A DNA stretch of 64,000 nucleotides from an uncultured Mollicutes bacterium (GCA_900539265.1 UQBM01000008.1:4095-68094); one strand, 5' to 3'; positions 19,470 to 31,752 are shown, numbered from the stretch's first letter. Notes: generated by a model not told the origin, from the sequence alone. A program made the numbers and translations.

Positions 19470-21461
19470 TTAAACGATTTTTTGCTTTTTCTTTTTTATT
19501 ACAATTCTTACAATAATCATAATAATAACAAAGACTAATAAAGCAGAAACTATAATTACTACCTCTAAATAATTATTGACATAACAACTAGCATCATCTT
19601 TACAACCAATAATATTATCTTCAATTACTTCAAAATCAAGTGATAAGCTTCTTTCATGACCTATAGCATCTTTTACTTTAATATATAATTCATGTTTACC
19701 AATTTCAACCTTTCCTCCTAAATATTCTTTATCATCAAGCAAAACAATAAGTTCATAGTTATCAAAATTTTCCACAATCTCATATTCTATTTTATCCATT
19801 TTAATATATTTTTGCTCATTTTGGATATTCTTAACAATAATTTGTGGAGCAATGGTATCAATTACATTAACGTTTTGTCTTACTCCCTCACTTCGATTAT
19901 TAAAAGTATCAATACCAATATAAACAATATACCCTTTTTTTCCTCTTAACATTAATTCATCAAATTGTTCTTTATTTACCAATTCATCATCAATATAATA
20001 ATTTTTTTCTAATCTACAAGGATATTTAAAATTATCACTAATAATTACTAATTGCTCAAAGTTATTACTATTATAATCAACATCATTAACTGTAACATCA
20101 CTTACTACAATGTTTGGCCTTATAGTGTCAATAACTTCAATGATGGCTTGAAAAACTGTTGTTTTATTCATACTTTTATCTATTGCAAAATATGAAAAAG
20201 TAATATTAGTACCAATTTTCAAAATTTCTTTTAACTCTTCATAACTATAATTATTATATTCACCAAAATCGAAAACTACTTGAGGATTATGATCATAATT
20301 ATCAGAAACAATAAAATTACTTAATAAATCAAAAGTATCAATCTCAGTATCATTAATTACTAATTTATCAACCTCATTGATTAATGGTGCTGAAGTATCT
20401 ATAATGTTGATTTCTATTAATTCAGTACTCGTTTCATTTTTACTTGTATCCTTCGCAACAAATTTAAGATATCCTTTTTGATTTGAATAAAGATATGTTT
20501 TAAAATTTTCTAAATCTTTGATTTCTTCTAATTTTTCATCATAATATTTTACCGTGATATCTAAATAAGTATCATAATTATCACTAACATTAATATAGTC
20601 AAAATAATTGGTTGTAGTAATTAAATTATCCTCTATTGTAATATTAGAAGGATAGTCAATTATAGGAGCTATTTTATCTACCACTGAAACAGCTTTTGAT
20701 AATACAACATAATCAGCTGCTTTTTTATCATAAATACCAATATGAACTGTCTTTAATCCAATAATCATTGTATCTATTTGTTTTTCAATCAAATACTCAT
20801 ATTCATCAATTTCTCGATTTAATATTTTAATATCTTTTTTAAAATCTGGCACCTCACTATAAACATTAAGTTCATAACTTTCAATTCCCCAATTTATTTT
20901 AATTTTTTCGCGATGATACAAATTATAATTAATAATCTGATCTTTTACATCAAATAAATAAACGCTAATTCCCATATTTTCATAATTATCCATTGTAAAA
21001 TAATTATAAATATCATCAATTGGTCTTTTGACTTTTAGTTGTAGATTACAAATATTATTTTTATAACTCGAAAAATAACCTTCACTAATATTTTCATCTT
21101 TAATAAGCCTTAATCTTAAATAACTATTATCAACATAATCATTAATAATATCATTTGTAAACACTGATGAAGATGAAAAATAAAAATATCTATTATCAAC
21201 CATTAATGGTTCAAAATACTCTTCTTTAATTTTAATTTGCAATTTTACTTCACTTAATGAAGCAAATTGATCTAAATTTATATTTATATTTACTATATCA
21301 CCAACATTATAAGTGGTTTTATCAAAAACTAAATATAAATTGGCATTGCTATTGGCAAACGAAGATGGATATTTTAATATTGAAGTCATCATTATTATAA
21401 TAAATGATGCTACTATAATAACTCTTTTTAATTTCACTTTATTCATAATTTTTCTTTTCAC
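19470..21461 (-). CDS. cell-surface protein with signal peptide, four tandem Ig-like (DUF5011-type) repeats and a C-terminal TM anchor
   Basis: N-terminal signal-like hydrophobic segment. Repeated module starts at VVDKIAPII, IIDTSAPLI, VIDTIRPNIV and VIDTIAPQII. C-terminal TM helix plus a KKKKQKIV stop-transfer. Confidence 0.55.
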   Translation of the reverse strand: MKRKIMNKVKLKRVIIVASFIIIMMTSILKYPSSFANSNANLYLVFDKTTYNVGDIVNININLDQFASLSEVKLQIKIKEEYFEPLMVDNRYFYFSSSSVFTNDIINDYVDNSYLRLRLIKDENISEGYFSSYKNNICNLQLKVKRPIDDIYNYFTMDNYENMGISVYLFDVKDQIINYNLYHREKIKINWGIESYELNVYSEVPDFKKDIKILNREIDEYEYLIEKQIDTMIIGLKTVHIGIYDKKAADYVVLSKAVSVVDKIAPIIDYPSNITIEDNLITTTNYFDYINVSDNYDTYLDITVKYYDEKLEEIKDLENFKTYLYSNQKGYLKFVAKDTSKNETSTELIEINIIDTSAPLINEVDKLVINDTEIDTFDLLSNFIVSDNYDHNPQVVFDFGEYNNYSYEELKEILKIGTNITFSYFAIDKSMNKTTVFQAIIEVIDTIRPNIVVSDVTVNDVDYNSNNFEQLVIISDNFKYPCRLEKNYYIDDELVNKEQFDELMLRGKKGYIVYIGIDTFNNRSEGVRQNVNVIDTIAPQIIVKNIQNEQKYIKMDKIEYEIVENFDNYELIVLLDDKEYLGGKVEIGKHELYIKVKDAIGHERSLSLDFEVIEDNIIGCKDDASCYVNNYLEVVIIVSALLVFVIIMIIVRIVIKKKKQKIV

Positions 21462-21597
21462 CTCATATAATATAAGTTACAAAATACGATTAAATAACTT
21501 TGTTTTAATATTATAACTTATATAGTATACCTTTTTTGATGAAAAAAGAAGAAAGCTAAAAATATTTAATACAAAAAAACATTTGTTTAATTTAAAA

Positions 21598-21636
21598 TTA
21601 AAAACTGATTAACATTTAATGTTAATCAGTTTTAAC
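21598..21636 (-). terminator. rho-independent terminator downstream of pfkA
   Basis: Perfect 16-17 bp hairpin AAAACTGATTAACATT/AATGTTAATCAGTTTT followed by a T-rich run. Confidence 0.55.
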
Positions 21637-21640
21637 TATT

Positions 21641-22609
21641 TTAAGATATCGTTGTTGTAAGTTCTTTATAACCTTTAAACATCTGCTTTTTCATTGTAAG
21701 AGCTTCTTCAATGGGGGTTGCTACAACTTCATTATTAAAAACACCCATACATTTACCACCCTCACCTTTTAATAATTCTTCAACTGCAGCAATTCCAAGT
21801 CGACTTGCTAGTACTCTATCAAATGGGGACGGAGAACCTCCTCTTTGAACGTGTCCTAAAATAGTAGCTCTTGAATCAAAACCAGTATATTCTTGAATTT
21901 GTTTAGCAAGTTCACGAACATCAGTTATATGTTCCGTTATAATAATCAAAACATGTCGACTTTTATGATTTTGACATTTTTTTACCGTTTTTATTACCTC
22001 TTCTAAACTAAAACCTGTTTCTGAGGTTATAACTAAATCAGCTCCTGTTGCTAAAGCCGCTGCATAAGCAATATCACCACAATATCTACCCATAACCTCA
22101 ACAATTGAACAACGTTGATGAGAATTTGAAGTATCTCTTAATTTATCAATTGCATCAACTGCAGTATTAACAGCTGTATCAAAACCTATAGTAAATTCAC
22201 TTGAAGCAATATCATTATCAATTGTACCTGGAAGGCCAATACAATATAAACCCATTTTAGAAAGTTTTAAAGCCCCACGATAGGTTCCATCACCACCAAT
22301 AGCAACCAATGCATCTATACCTCGATTTTTCAATTGCTCTAAAGCAATTTGAGCAACTTCATCTTTACTAAATTCTGACAAACGAGCAGAACCTAAAATA
22401 GTACCACCACGATTTATAATATTAGTAACAGTATCACGCGTCATTGGAAAAATTCGTCCTTCAACTAGACCTTTATATCCATCTTCAACACCAAAAACTT
22501 CTAAACCTTCATGAATTCCCGCACGAACAACTGCTCGAATTGTTGCATTCATACCAGGAGCATCACCACCCGAAGTTAGTACAGCAATTTTCTTTATTTG
22601 TTTTTCCAT
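21641..22609 (-). CDS. pfkA: ATP-dependent 6-phosphofructokinase
   Basis: GGDGT and TSGGDAPGMNA motifs. The start was moved to the ATG at 22609 (MEKQIKKIAVLTSGG), 6 nt after GGAGG. Confidence 0.9.
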   Translation of the reverse strand: MEKQIKKIAVLTSGGDAPGMNATIRAVVRAGIHEGLEVFGVEDGYKGLVEGRIFPMTRDTVTNIINRGGTILGSARLSEFSKDEVAQIALEQLKNRGIDALVAIGGDGTYRGALKLSKMGLYCIGLPGTIDNDIASSEFTIGFDTAVNTAVDAIDKLRDTSNSHQRCSIVEVMGRYCGDIAYAAALATGADLVITSETGFSLEEVIKTVKKCQNHKSRHVLIIITEHITDVRELAKQIQEYTGFDSRATILGHVQRGGSPSPFDRVLASRLGIAAVEELLKGEGGKCMGVFNNEVVATPIEEALTMKKQMFKGYKELTTTIS

Positions 22610-22699
22610 TGTAAGCCTCCATAATTTTTTTAAATTACAGTTTATTTTCACATTGCATAATTATACTACATTTTGTCAAAAATCAACAAATATTTGCTT

Positions 22700-25126
22700 T
22701 TATTTTACTGGTTTTAAATACCAAATTTTATCTGCATATTCTTTTATACTGCGATCTGCTGCAAATCTTCCTGCCTCACTAATGTTGACAAGTGCCATTT
22801 GATTAAAATGTTTTTTATTTAAATATGCTTCATCCATCTTTTGATGAACCTTCATATAATCCTCAAAATCAGCAAGACACATATAACGATCTGCTATACC
22901 ACTTGAGGTTAATAAATAATTAGCAATATTTTCAAAACTCTTTCCAGCAAAACCTTTTTTTAGGGTATTAATAATTCCTCTTAATTCTTTATTACTATTA
23001 TAAAAATAAGTTGAATTATAACCTGTTTTCCATAAATCATCTACTTCTTTAGCACTCATGCCAAAGATAAAAATATTCTCATCACCAACAGCATCACAGA
23101 TTTCAACATTAGCTCCATCCATAGTACCAAAAGTTATTGCCCCATTAATCATAAATTTCATATTACTAGTTCCACTAGCTTCATATCCCGCAAGTGATAT
23201 TTGTTCGCTAATTTCGCTTGCTGGCATTAAATATTCTGCTAAAGTAACACAATAATCCTCAATAAAAACAACATTTAACTTTTCCTTCATTTTAGGATTC
23301 ATTGAAATATCTTTAGAAATATAATTGATTAATTCAATTATTTCTTTAGCAAGGTAATATCCTGGAGCTGCCTTAGCACCAAAGATAAAAGTTTGTGGTG
23401 TCATTTTAGTCTCTGGATTTTCTTTTAATTGATTGTATAAACTAATTATTTTTAAAACGTTTAAAAGTTGTCTTTTATATTCATGAAGTCTTTTGACTTG
23501 AACATCAAATCTTGAACTTGGATCTAAAATAATTCCTTGTTTCTTATAAATCATATTAGCAAAATCACATTTATTTAAATATTTAATACGACCAAGTTCA
23601 TCAATAATTTTATCGTTATCGTAATATGATAAAAATTTTCTTAATTCACTTGCATCTTTATACCAACCATGACCAATTGTATCATCTAATAAATTAGATA
23701 ATCGTGGATTAGATTGATGTAACCATCTTCTATGAGCAATTCCATTAGTAACATTAGTAAATTTTTCAGGAGTTAATTGATAATAATCACTAAAAATACT
23801 TCTTTTAATTATATCACTATGAAGCGCTGACACACCATTTACTTTGTAACTAGCAATTACACTTAAATTAGCCATCTTTATATAATTATTAGAAATAATG
23901 GCCATTCTATTTATTTTATCCCAATCACCAGGATAAACATTCCATAAATTTGTCGTATATCTACGATTAATTTCTTGTAAAATTTTATAAATTCGAGGAA
24001 TTGTTTTTTGAACTAAATCTTCACTCCAACACTCTAAAGCTTCAACTAATACAGTGTGATTCGTATAAGCCACTGTTTTAGTTACAATTTCCCATGCCTC
24101 ATCCCATTCTAATTCATAATCATCCATCATAATACGCATTAATTCAGGAATACAAATAGCAGGATGTGTATCATTGATATGAATGGCAGCATAATTTGGC
24201 AATGTATGTAAATCACCATAACGTTTAATATGATCATGAATAATATTTTGAATTGAAGCACTAACCAAAAAATACTGTTGTTTTAATCTTAAAGTTTTCC
24301 CTTCATAGTGATTATCTGATGGATATAAAACCTTTGATATTAATTCAGCTTCTTGATTTTCCATAATTGCTTTCATATAATCACCTTGTGAAAAAGACTT
24401 CATATCAAATTCATTTGCATTACGAGCCTTCCAAAGTCTGAGGGTTGATACAGCATTACTACTACCACCTGAAATTAGTAAATCATACGGCATTGCTTCA
24501 ACAATTTTCGAATCATGGTATTCAACCTTCATTTTACCATCTTTTTGATATTCACTAACCCAACCACCAAATCTAACCTTTAGAAGGCGATCACTTCTCG
24601 GTACTAGCCACACTTCACCACCTGGTAGCCAAACATCTGGCATTTCTGTTTGCCAACCATTAACAATTTTTTGTTTAAATAAACCATATTCATAACGAAT
24701 AGAAAAACCTGTTGCTGGATAATCTAAAGAAGCAAGTGAATCCATAAAACAAGCTGCTAAACGTCCAAGTCCACCATTTCCTAGTCCTGCATCATTTTCT
24801 TGTTCATATAATTCATCCAAATCAAAACCATATTCTTTTAAAACTTCACGATATACATCAACAATGCCAAGATTATAAAGATTTGTTTTTAAACTTCTTC
24901 CAACTAAAAACTCCATACATAAATAATAAATTCGTTTTGATTTTTGTTCCTTAACTTTACGATTAAATTGTTTCTTTTTTTCTAGTAAAATGTCTAAAAC
25001 GGACATACTAACGGCTTTATACATTTGATCAATACTAGCATCACTTGGCGTAACCCCAAAATAGCTTGCTAGTTTCTCCTCTAAATGCATCTTCGTATTG
25101 TCAATTTCTATTTGCTGTTTGGGCAT
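22700..25126 (-). CDS. glgP: glycogen phosphorylase
   Basis: 808 aa with a PLP-lysine motif (EASGTSNMKF). Confidence 0.95.
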   Translation of the reverse strand: MPKQQIEIDNTKMHLEEKLASYFGVTPSDASIDQMYKAVSMSVLDILLEKKKQFNRKVKEQKSKRIYYLCMEFLVGRSLKTNLYNLGIVDVYREVLKEYGFDLDELYEQENDAGLGNGGLGRLAACFMDSLASLDYPATGFSIRYEYGLFKQKIVNGWQTEMPDVWLPGGEVWLVPRSDRLLKVRFGGWVSEYQKDGKMKVEYHDSKIVEAMPYDLLISGGSSNAVSTLRLWKARNANEFDMKSFSQGDYMKAIMENQEAELISKVLYPSDNHYEGKTLRLKQQYFLVSASIQNIIHDHIKRYGDLHTLPNYAAIHINDTHPAICIPELMRIMMDDYELEWDEAWEIVTKTVAYTNHTVLVEALECWSEDLVQKTIPRIYKILQEINRRYTTNLWNVYPGDWDKINRMAIISNNYIKMANLSVIASYKVNGVSALHSDIIKRSIFSDYYQLTPEKFTNVTNGIAHRRWLHQSNPRLSNLLDDTIGHGWYKDASELRKFLSYYDNDKIIDELGRIKYLNKCDFANMIYKKQGIILDPSSRFDVQVKRLHEYKRQLLNVLKIISLYNQLKENPETKMTPQTFIFGAKAAPGYYLAKEIIELINYISKDISMNPKMKEKLNVVFIEDYCVTLAEYLMPASEISEQISLAGYEASGTSNMKFMINGAITFGTMDGANVEICDAVGDENIFIFGMSAKEVDDLWKTGYNSTYFYNSNKELRGIINTLKKGFAGKSFENIANYLLTSSGIADRYMCLADFEDYMKVHQKMDEAYLNKKHFNQMALVNISEAGRFAADRSIKEYADKIWYLKPVK

Positions 25127-25136
25127 ACCTTTTCAC

Positions 25137-26603
25137 CTATTTTTCTAAAATTTCCTCATACATCCTAATATATTGCTTAGCTGATGTACTCCATCCAAAA
25201 TCTTTATTCATAACCATCTCCACTTGTTTACTCCAAAGATCTTTATTTTGGTAATCATTTAAAGCTCTTAAAATTGTCTTTAACATATCACAAGCATCAA
25301 ATCCACAGAATGTATAACCATTTCCATTACTGAAAGAAAAATCGCGAATACTATCCTTTAATCCACCAGTTTCTCTAACAATTGGAATTGAACCATATCG
25401 AGATGCAATCATTTGTGATAAACCACAAGGTTCTGATTTAGATGGCATTAAAAAAATATCACTTGATGCATAAATTTTTCTTGATAAATCTTGATTAAAA
25501 GCAATAATTACTCTCAATTTATTTTTATGTCGATATTCTAAATCCTTAAAATATCCCTCATAATAAGGATCACCTGTACCAAGTAAAACAAACTGAACCT
25601 TTTGGGTAAGTAAATCTTCAAAAATATCCTTTACTAAATCTAATCCTTTATGTGAAACTAGTCTTGATACCATTCCAATCATTGGTATATCTTTATCTAC
25701 TGGTAAATCTAACATATTTTGAAGTTCTTCTTTATTCTTTAATTTTGCCTCGATAGTTTTTTTATCATAATTTTCAAATAAAGCTTTATCTTTAGCAGGA
25801 TTATAAAAAACTTTATCAATACCATTTAAAATTCCCTTTAATTTTCCTTCACCTTTAACTCTTACAGTCTCGTATTCTAATCCATGGGCAAATTCTTTTT
25901 GTAAGATTTCTTCAGCGTAAGTAGGACTAACCGTCGTAACAAAATTAGCTGCCTCCATTGCACCTTTCATAATATTAACTTTTCCTAAATATTCAAGTAA
26001 ATATCCATCATTAAATGAAAGACCAAAAACATCTTCAATAATATCTTGATCATATGCGTATATTCCTTGATATTCAATATTATGAATAGTGAAAACAGTT
26101 TTTACTTTTGTAAAACGACTATCGTGATAATAAAGCGTTCTAAGATATATTGGAAGCATTCCCGCTTGCCAATCATGCACATGAATAATATTAGGAATTT
26201 CATCTATAAAAATCATAACATCGATTGCTGCTTTGCTAAAGAAAGCAAATCTTTCAGCATCATCAAAATAACCATAAAAATTATCACGTTTAAAATAATA
26301 CTCATTATCGATAAAATAATATTTTACACCATTTTCTTCATATTTAAAAATTCCACAATATTGATTTCTCCACGAAAGTTTTGTTGTAGTTTGTCCAATA
26401 TAAACAAGTTTATTTTTATATGCTTGATTAAGTTTAGCATAAAGTGGTAAAATAACACTTACCTCAAATTCACCTTTTGCATTTTTTAAAATTCTTTTCG
26501 GTAATGAGCCAATAACATCACCAAGACCACCAGAAGCAAAAAATGGTTGTGCTTCACTTGCCACAAAAAATATTTTTTTTACTTTATTTTCGCCCATGTT
26601 CAA
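25137..26603 (-). CDS. glgA: glycogen synthase (ADP-glucose type)
   Basis: Conserved KxGGL N-terminus (ASGGLGDV), 488 aa. Confidence 0.9.
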   Translation of the reverse strand: MNMGENKVKKIFFVASEAQPFFASGGLGDVIGSLPKRILKNAKGEFEVSVILPLYAKLNQAYKNKLVYIGQTTTKLSWRNQYCGIFKYEENGVKYYFIDNEYYFKRDNFYGYFDDAERFAFFSKAAIDVMIFIDEIPNIIHVHDWQAGMLPIYLRTLYYHDSRFTKVKTVFTIHNIEYQGIYAYDQDIIEDVFGLSFNDGYLLEYLGKVNIMKGAMEAANFVTTVSPTYAEEILQKEFAHGLEYETVRVKGEGKLKGILNGIDKVFYNPAKDKALFENYDKKTIEAKLKNKEELQNMLDLPVDKDIPMIGMVSRLVSHKGLDLVKDIFEDLLTQKVQFVLLGTGDPYYEGYFKDLEYRHKNKLRVIIAFNQDLSRKIYASSDIFLMPSKSEPCGLSQMIASRYGSIPIVRETGGLKDSIRDFSFSNGNGYTFCGFDACDMLKTILRALNDYQNKDLWSKQVEMVMNKDFGWSTSAKQYIRMYEEILEK

Positions 26604-26621
26604 TCCTCCTTATGATTTTTA

Positions 26622-27737
26622 TTAAACCATTGTATTTTTTCCAAGATAATATGGAATTTTTTCACAACCTGATAAATTATTACGATTACGAATTGTAACA
26701 TTTTTATCCGTAATTACATAATTTAATTTAACATTGTCACCAGTAATTGTATCTTGCATTAAAATTGAATTTTTAACAATCGTGCCTCTACCAATTTTTA
26801 CTCCTCTAAATAAAATACTATTGATAACTGTTCCTTCTATTTCACAGCCATCAGCAATAAAACTATTTTCAACTTTAGCATTAAAGCCATATCTAGTTGG
26901 AGCCGAATCCCTTACCTTAGTATAAACACGATGATTTTTATTTCCAAACAAAGCATCTTTAGTTTCATGATTTAAAAGAGCCATATTATATTTGAAATAA
27001 TTTTCCATTGAATTAACGTGTAGATAAACACCTTTATGTTCATACCCATAGATTTTTAAACTTTTAATATTATTAAAGATTAAATCTCGGTGGAATGATT
27101 CCATTCCTTGTGAAATTGCTTCTTCTAATAGACCTTGTAACAATCTTCTATTCATTATGAACATATTAATACATGAATTCGTAATTGTACCAATCTTTGA
27201 TTTTAAATTCGCTTTTGTTATTCTTCCCTCTTCATTCAAGATAAAATTCATATTTTTTTCTAAGTCTTTTTCACATTTTCCATGTCGATATAAAATCGTT
27301 ATGTCAGCACTTTTATTAAGATGGAAATCAAAAATTTCATTGAAATCTATTATATTAGCACTATCACAATCCATTAATACTACTAATTCTTCCTTTTGAT
27401 TTTCAATAAATCCTTTTATACTAATTAAAGCTTCCAACCTACTTGTATATAAAGTATCTATTTTATAATTACCAAAAGGTGGAAAGATGACTAAACCTCC
27501 ATTTCTTCTTGAAAGATCCCAATCTTTTCCCGAACCTAAATGATCCATTAATGATTGATAATTTTTTTGTGCTAAAATGCCAACATTATCAACTCCAGCA
27601 TTTACAAGATTTGATAAGGCAAAATCTATTAACCGGTATCTACCGCCAAAAGGAATAGAAGCTGAAGTTCTTTTTCGTGTTAATTCATCAATTGTTTCAT
27701 TATGTATATTCGAAAATATTATGCCTAATGCTTTCAT
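26622..27737 (-). CDS. glgD: glucose-1-phosphate adenylyltransferase subunit GlgD
   Basis: GlgC paralog without the full catalytic N-terminal motif. Position between glgC and glgA matches Bacillus. Confidence 0.85.
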   Translation of the reverse strand: MKALGIIFSNIHNETIDELTRKRTSASIPFGGRYRLIDFALSNLVNAGVDNVGILAQKNYQSLMDHLGSGKDWDLSRRNGGLVIFPPFGNYKIDTLYTSRLEALISIKGFIENQKEELVVLMDCDSANIIDFNEIFDFHLNKSADITILYRHGKCEKDLEKNMNFILNEEGRITKANLKSKIGTITNSCINMFIMNRRLLQGLLEEAISQGMESFHRDLIFNNIKSLKIYGYEHKGVYLHVNSMENYFKYNMALLNHETKDALFGNKNHRVYTKVRDSAPTRYGFNAKVENSFIADGCEIEGTVINSILFRGVKIGRGTIVKNSILMQDTITGDNVKLNYVITDKNVTIRNRNNLSGCEKIPYYLGKNTMV

Positions 27738-27740
27738 AAA

Positions 27741-28949
27741 CTATTCTTCCTTTCCTTCATTTTTAACATTTTCTTCAATATTAGCGCCTTGTTTAACAAT
27801 TGAACCATCATCAATTGTAACATCTCGACCAATAACAGCAATTTCAACATCGTCAGCTTTAGGACTTCCAATATGAACACCTTTGCCAATAACAACATTC
27901 TCATCAATTATACTATATTCAATAATTGAATCTTCTCCGATAACTGTATTAGCAAAAATAACACTATCTTTGATAACCGCTCCTTTTTTAATAACAACAC
28001 TAGAACCAATAATACTATTAATAACGGTTCCTTCTATTTTTGCTCCATCTGTTATGAGCGAATTAGATAATACAGCATCTTTTGCAATATATTGTGGCTC
28101 AATCCCTACATTTCTTGAATGAATTTTCCAAAATGGATTATAAATATCAAAAGCAGGATCTTCACCAATTAAATCTTGATTAGCTTCCCATAAACTTTTA
28201 ATTGTCCCTACATCTTTCCAATATCCCTTAAAAGGATAGGCAATCATTTTTTCCCCACTTGCAAGCATTGTTGGAATAATATTTTTCCCAAAGTCATTTT
28301 GACTATTAGGATTTTGCGCATCTTCTTTTAAATATTTAAATAATTTGTCTTTTTTAAAAATATAAATTCCCATTGAAGCAAGGTTACTTTTAGGATATTT
28401 AGGTTTTTCTTCAAAATCAGTAATTTGATTATGATTATCAGTATTCATAATCCCAAAACGACTGGCTTCTGTTAGTGGAACCTCTAATACTGCAATCGTA
28501 CAATCAGCATTAGTTTTAATATGTTCATTTAACATCATATTATAATCCATCTTATAAATATGATCGCCTGATAAAATTAAAACATGATCTGGATCATAAT
28601 TTTCAATAAATCCTAAATTTTGATAAATTGCATTAGCAGTCCCTTTATACCACTCACTACCATATTTTGCTTGATATGGTGGTAAAATATGAACACCGCC
28701 AAAAGTTCTATCTAAATCCCATGGTTGACCATTACCAATATACTCATTTAAAACAAGTGGTTGATACTGTGTTAATACTCCCACCGTATCAATATTAGAA
28801 TTTACACAATTTGATAAAGTAAAATCAATAATGCGATATTTTGCACCAAAAGATACTGCCGGTTTGGCAACCTTTGTTGTTAATGCATATAATCTACTTC
28901 CTTGTCCACCAGCTAAAAGCATTGCTACACATTTTTTTTGACTATACAT
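27741..28949 (-). CDS. glgC: glucose-1-phosphate adenylyltransferase
   Basis: LAGGQGSRL motif and a left-handed beta-helix C-terminus. Confidence 0.9.
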   Translation of the reverse strand: MYSQKKCVAMLLAGGQGSRLYALTTKVAKPAVSFGAKYRIIDFTLSNCVNSNIDTVGVLTQYQPLVLNEYIGNGQPWDLDRTFGGVHILPPYQAKYGSEWYKGTANAIYQNLGFIENYDPDHVLILSGDHIYKMDYNMMLNEHIKTNADCTIAVLEVPLTEASRFGIMNTDNHNQITDFEEKPKYPKSNLASMGIYIFKKDKLFKYLKEDAQNPNSQNDFGKNIIPTMLASGEKMIAYPFKGYWKDVGTIKSLWEANQDLIGEDPAFDIYNPFWKIHSRNVGIEPQYIAKDAVLSNSLITDGAKIEGTVINSIIGSSVVIKKGAVIKDSVIFANTVIGEDSIIEYSIIDENVVIGKGVHIGSPKADDVEIAVIGRDVTIDDGSIVKQGANIEENVKNEGKEE

Positions 28950-28950
28950 C

Positions 28951-30792
28951 TTATTTTTTCACCTTCCTTAATATTATTCCACAACTATATGGTAAATTTA
29001 ATTTTAATTTTCCATTTTGAGTATAGATTATCTCGCCTTCTAATTCGTTTCTTCCTCCATATTTTTTATCATTACTACACATAATAATTTCATATTCTCC
29101 ATCCTCAACATATATTATATAATCATTCCAATCACAAAATGAAAAATTTAATACGACAATTAATTGACTATTATCAAAGGAAATTCTTTTATATGCTAAA
29201 ACATTATGATTTTCATCATTAACTACTATCCATCTAAAACCATCCCAATTGATTTCATTTTCAAATAAGGCTTTTTCTTTTTTATAAAGACAATTTAATT
29301 CTTTCACAAACCTTTGTAATTTTTGATGATTATCATAATTAAGAACACTCCAATCTAATTCTCTTGCTTCACTCCATTCTCTAAATTGACCAATCTCGCC
29401 TCCCATAAATAATAATTTTTTGCCAGGATGAGTCATCATATACAAATAATATGCTCTAAGACCTGCAAATTTTTGATTATAATCTCCTGGCATTTTACTT
29501 ATCATTGAACCCTTCATATGAACAACCTCGTCATGACTAAGTGGTAAAATAAAATGTTCACTAAAAATATATGTAAGCTGAAAAGTTAATTTATGGTGAT
29601 CATAGCATCTAAATAAAGGATCTGTTTTGATATAGGCAAGAGTATCATTCATCCATCCCATATTCCATTTATAATCAAAGCCAAGGCCACCATCAGTAGT
29701 TGGTGCAGTAATTTTAGGGTAGGCCGATGACTCTTCTGCAATCATTAAAACACCTGGATAATATTCGTGAACAATAGCATTCACTTTTTGTAAGAAAGCT
29801 ACAGCTTCCAAATTAATATTTGTACCAAAACTATTAGGATGCCAAGCACCTTCTTTTCTTCCATAATCTAAATATAGCATTGATGCTACAGCATCCACTC
29901 TAATCCCATCTATATGAAATTTATCAAATAAAAAAACTGCATTTGATACTAAAAAAGATTGAACTTCAGTTCTACCATAATCAAAACATCTTGTTCCCCA
30001 TCCATCATGTTCTTTTCTAGTAATATCTCTTGGTTCATATAAACTATCTCCGTCAAAATCAATTAATCCATGAGAATCTTTTGTAAAATGACCAGGTACC
30101 CAATCCATAATAACACCAATATCATTTTGATGCATAATATCAACAAATCTCATAAAATCTTTAGGTGTACCATATCTCGATGTTATAGCATAATAACCCG
30201 TTACTTGATACCCCCAAGAAGGATCATAAGGATATTCAGAAAGTGGCATAATTTCTATATGAGTATACCCCATTTCTTTAACATAACTAGCTAATTCAAT
30301 CGCCAACTTTTGATAATCAAAAAACTCACCGTTTTGATATTTTTTCCAAGCTCCAAGATGTACTTCATAAATATTAATTGGGGATGAAAGTGATTGTCTT
30401 TCCTTTCTACTATTTAGCCATTTTTCATCATTAAATTTATATCCATCTAAATTATATACCTTTGATGCTCTTGAAGGCCTCAATTCACAATGATATCCAT
30501 AGGGATCACTTTTAAACAATAACCGATTATCATTAGTTAAAATAGCATATTGATAACAATCATATTCGGCAACATTAAATATTTTAATTTCATATATTCC
30601 ATTATTTGAAATTTTTTTCATTACATGAGATGTTGTATCCCAATTATTGAACTCCCCAACTACTGATACAATCCTTGCGTTTGGCGCAAACACTCTAAAA
30701 ATAGTGTAATCTTTATTAAAATGAGCACCAAGTAATTCATATGATCGATAGTTGGTACCCTGATGAAAATAATAAATTCCTTGTTCTTCCAT
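28951..30792 (-). CDS. glgB: 1,4-alpha-glucan branching enzyme
   Basis: GH13 catalytic motifs ([23 protein letters not shown]). Confidence 0.9.
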   Translation of the reverse strand: MEEQGIYYFHQGTNYRSYELLGAHFNKDYTIFRVFAPNARIVSVVGEFNNWDTTSHVMKKISNNGIYEIKIFNVAEYDCYQYAILTNDNRLLFKSDPYGYHCELRPSRASKVYNLDGYKFNDEKWLNSRKERQSLSSPINIYEVHLGAWKKYQNGEFFDYQKLAIELASYVKEMGYTHIEIMPLSEYPYDPSWGYQVTGYYAITSRYGTPKDFMRFVDIMHQNDIGVIMDWVPGHFTKDSHGLIDFDGDSLYEPRDITRKEHDGWGTRCFDYGRTEVQSFLVSNAVFLFDKFHIDGIRVDAVASMLYLDYGRKEGAWHPNSFGTNINLEAVAFLQKVNAIVHEYYPGVLMIAEESSAYPKITAPTTDGGLGFDYKWNMGWMNDTLAYIKTDPLFRCYDHHKLTFQLTYIFSEHFILPLSHDEVVHMKGSMISKMPGDYNQKFAGLRAYYLYMMTHPGKKLLFMGGEIGQFREWSEARELDWSVLNYDNHQKLQRFVKELNCLYKKEKALFENEINWDGFRWIVVNDENHNVLAYKRISFDNSQLIVVLNFSFCDWNDYIIYVEDGEYEIIMCSNDKKYGGRNELEGEIIYTQNGKLKLNLPYSCGIILRKVKK

Positions 30793-30976
30793 TATAGAAC
30801 CCTACCTTTTTTACTAATTATACCATAATTAGAAAATATATGCAATTGTTAATAAATTATTTATTTTTACTATTATTTTAATGTAAAACGATTTTTTCCT
30901 ATTCTAAAAAGCAAATTATACATAATATAGTATAAAATATGATATAATTTACTATCATATGGAGGTTATTATACAA

Positions 30977-31504
30977 ATGTTTTCTTTTATTTCAATTGCC
31001 ATTATTGTATTCGTTACTATTATTTTTTCTTTTATTATTATTAGTATTATTATTTCTAATTTTAAAAAGAAAAAAAATTATAGTGATGAAAATTATATTG
31101 TCAAAAACAATATAAATAATAAGGCAGATACATCATTTGTTATTTATCAAGATACAAATCTTAATAAAACTAATCATAAATTAAGCAAATTTTTTTATGC
31201 TTTTTATCTTTGTGGTTTTACTATTATTTGGATTTCAATATTAATTTCTATCATTATTCTAACATCATCTGAAAATCTTGGTATAATACGAATTGCCTTT
31301 ATTCCTTTTATATTAGCATCTATTCTTTTAATTATCACAACTGTAAAAGCTTTTATTACCGCTTTTAAAACTAAGAAAAATAAAATTTCTGCAAGCAATA
31401 CTATTCCAAATGAATATTTTGTCAAAATGTGTACTAATTGCGGTGGTGAATTAAGCCAAAATGACAAATTTTGCCCATTTTGTGGAAAAGAAATAAAATA
31501 TTGA
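30977..31504 (+). CDS. zinc-ribbon domain membrane protein (hypothetical)
   Basis: Several TM helices and a C-terminal CxxC...CxxC zinc ribbon (CTNCGGELSQNDKFCPFCGKEI). The likely start is the second ATG, 11 nt after GGAGG. Confidence 0.5.
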   Translation: MFSFISIAIIVFVTIIFSFIIISIIISNFKKKKNYSDENYIVKNNINNKADTSFVIYQDTNLNKTNHKLSKFFYAFYLCGFTIIWISILISIIILTSSENLGIIRIAFIPFILASILLIITTVKAFITAFKTKKNKISASNTIPNEYFVKMCTNCGGELSQNDKFCPFCGKEIKY

Positions 31505-31707
31505 TTTTTATAATTTTTAATAGATATTTGGATATTTATTTGTCATTTTTTATATAAATTTATTTATTTACATCACAATTTTCTCATTCATTTTACAATT
31601 TAACTAAAAAATTTATAAATATATTTTTCTATATTATTATTTTTGATTTCTATAAATTATTTATGCATATTTATTGATAAACTTTTAAATCAAATATCAA
31701 TAAATTT

Positions 31708-31752
31708 AAATCTTATTAATCAATTTTGATTAATAAGATTTTTTTTGTTTTT
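31708..31752 (+). terminator. strong (possibly bidirectional) rho-independent terminator
   Basis: Perfect 16-bp hairpin AAATCTTATTAATCAA/TTGATTAATAAGATTT followed by TTTTTGTTTTT, with a T/A-rich tract on the other side. Confidence 0.6.

Noticed and set aside
26046-26450. 134-aa plus-strand ORF within glgA
   Set aside because: Antisense to glgA, Ile/Phe-rich AT-driven frame.
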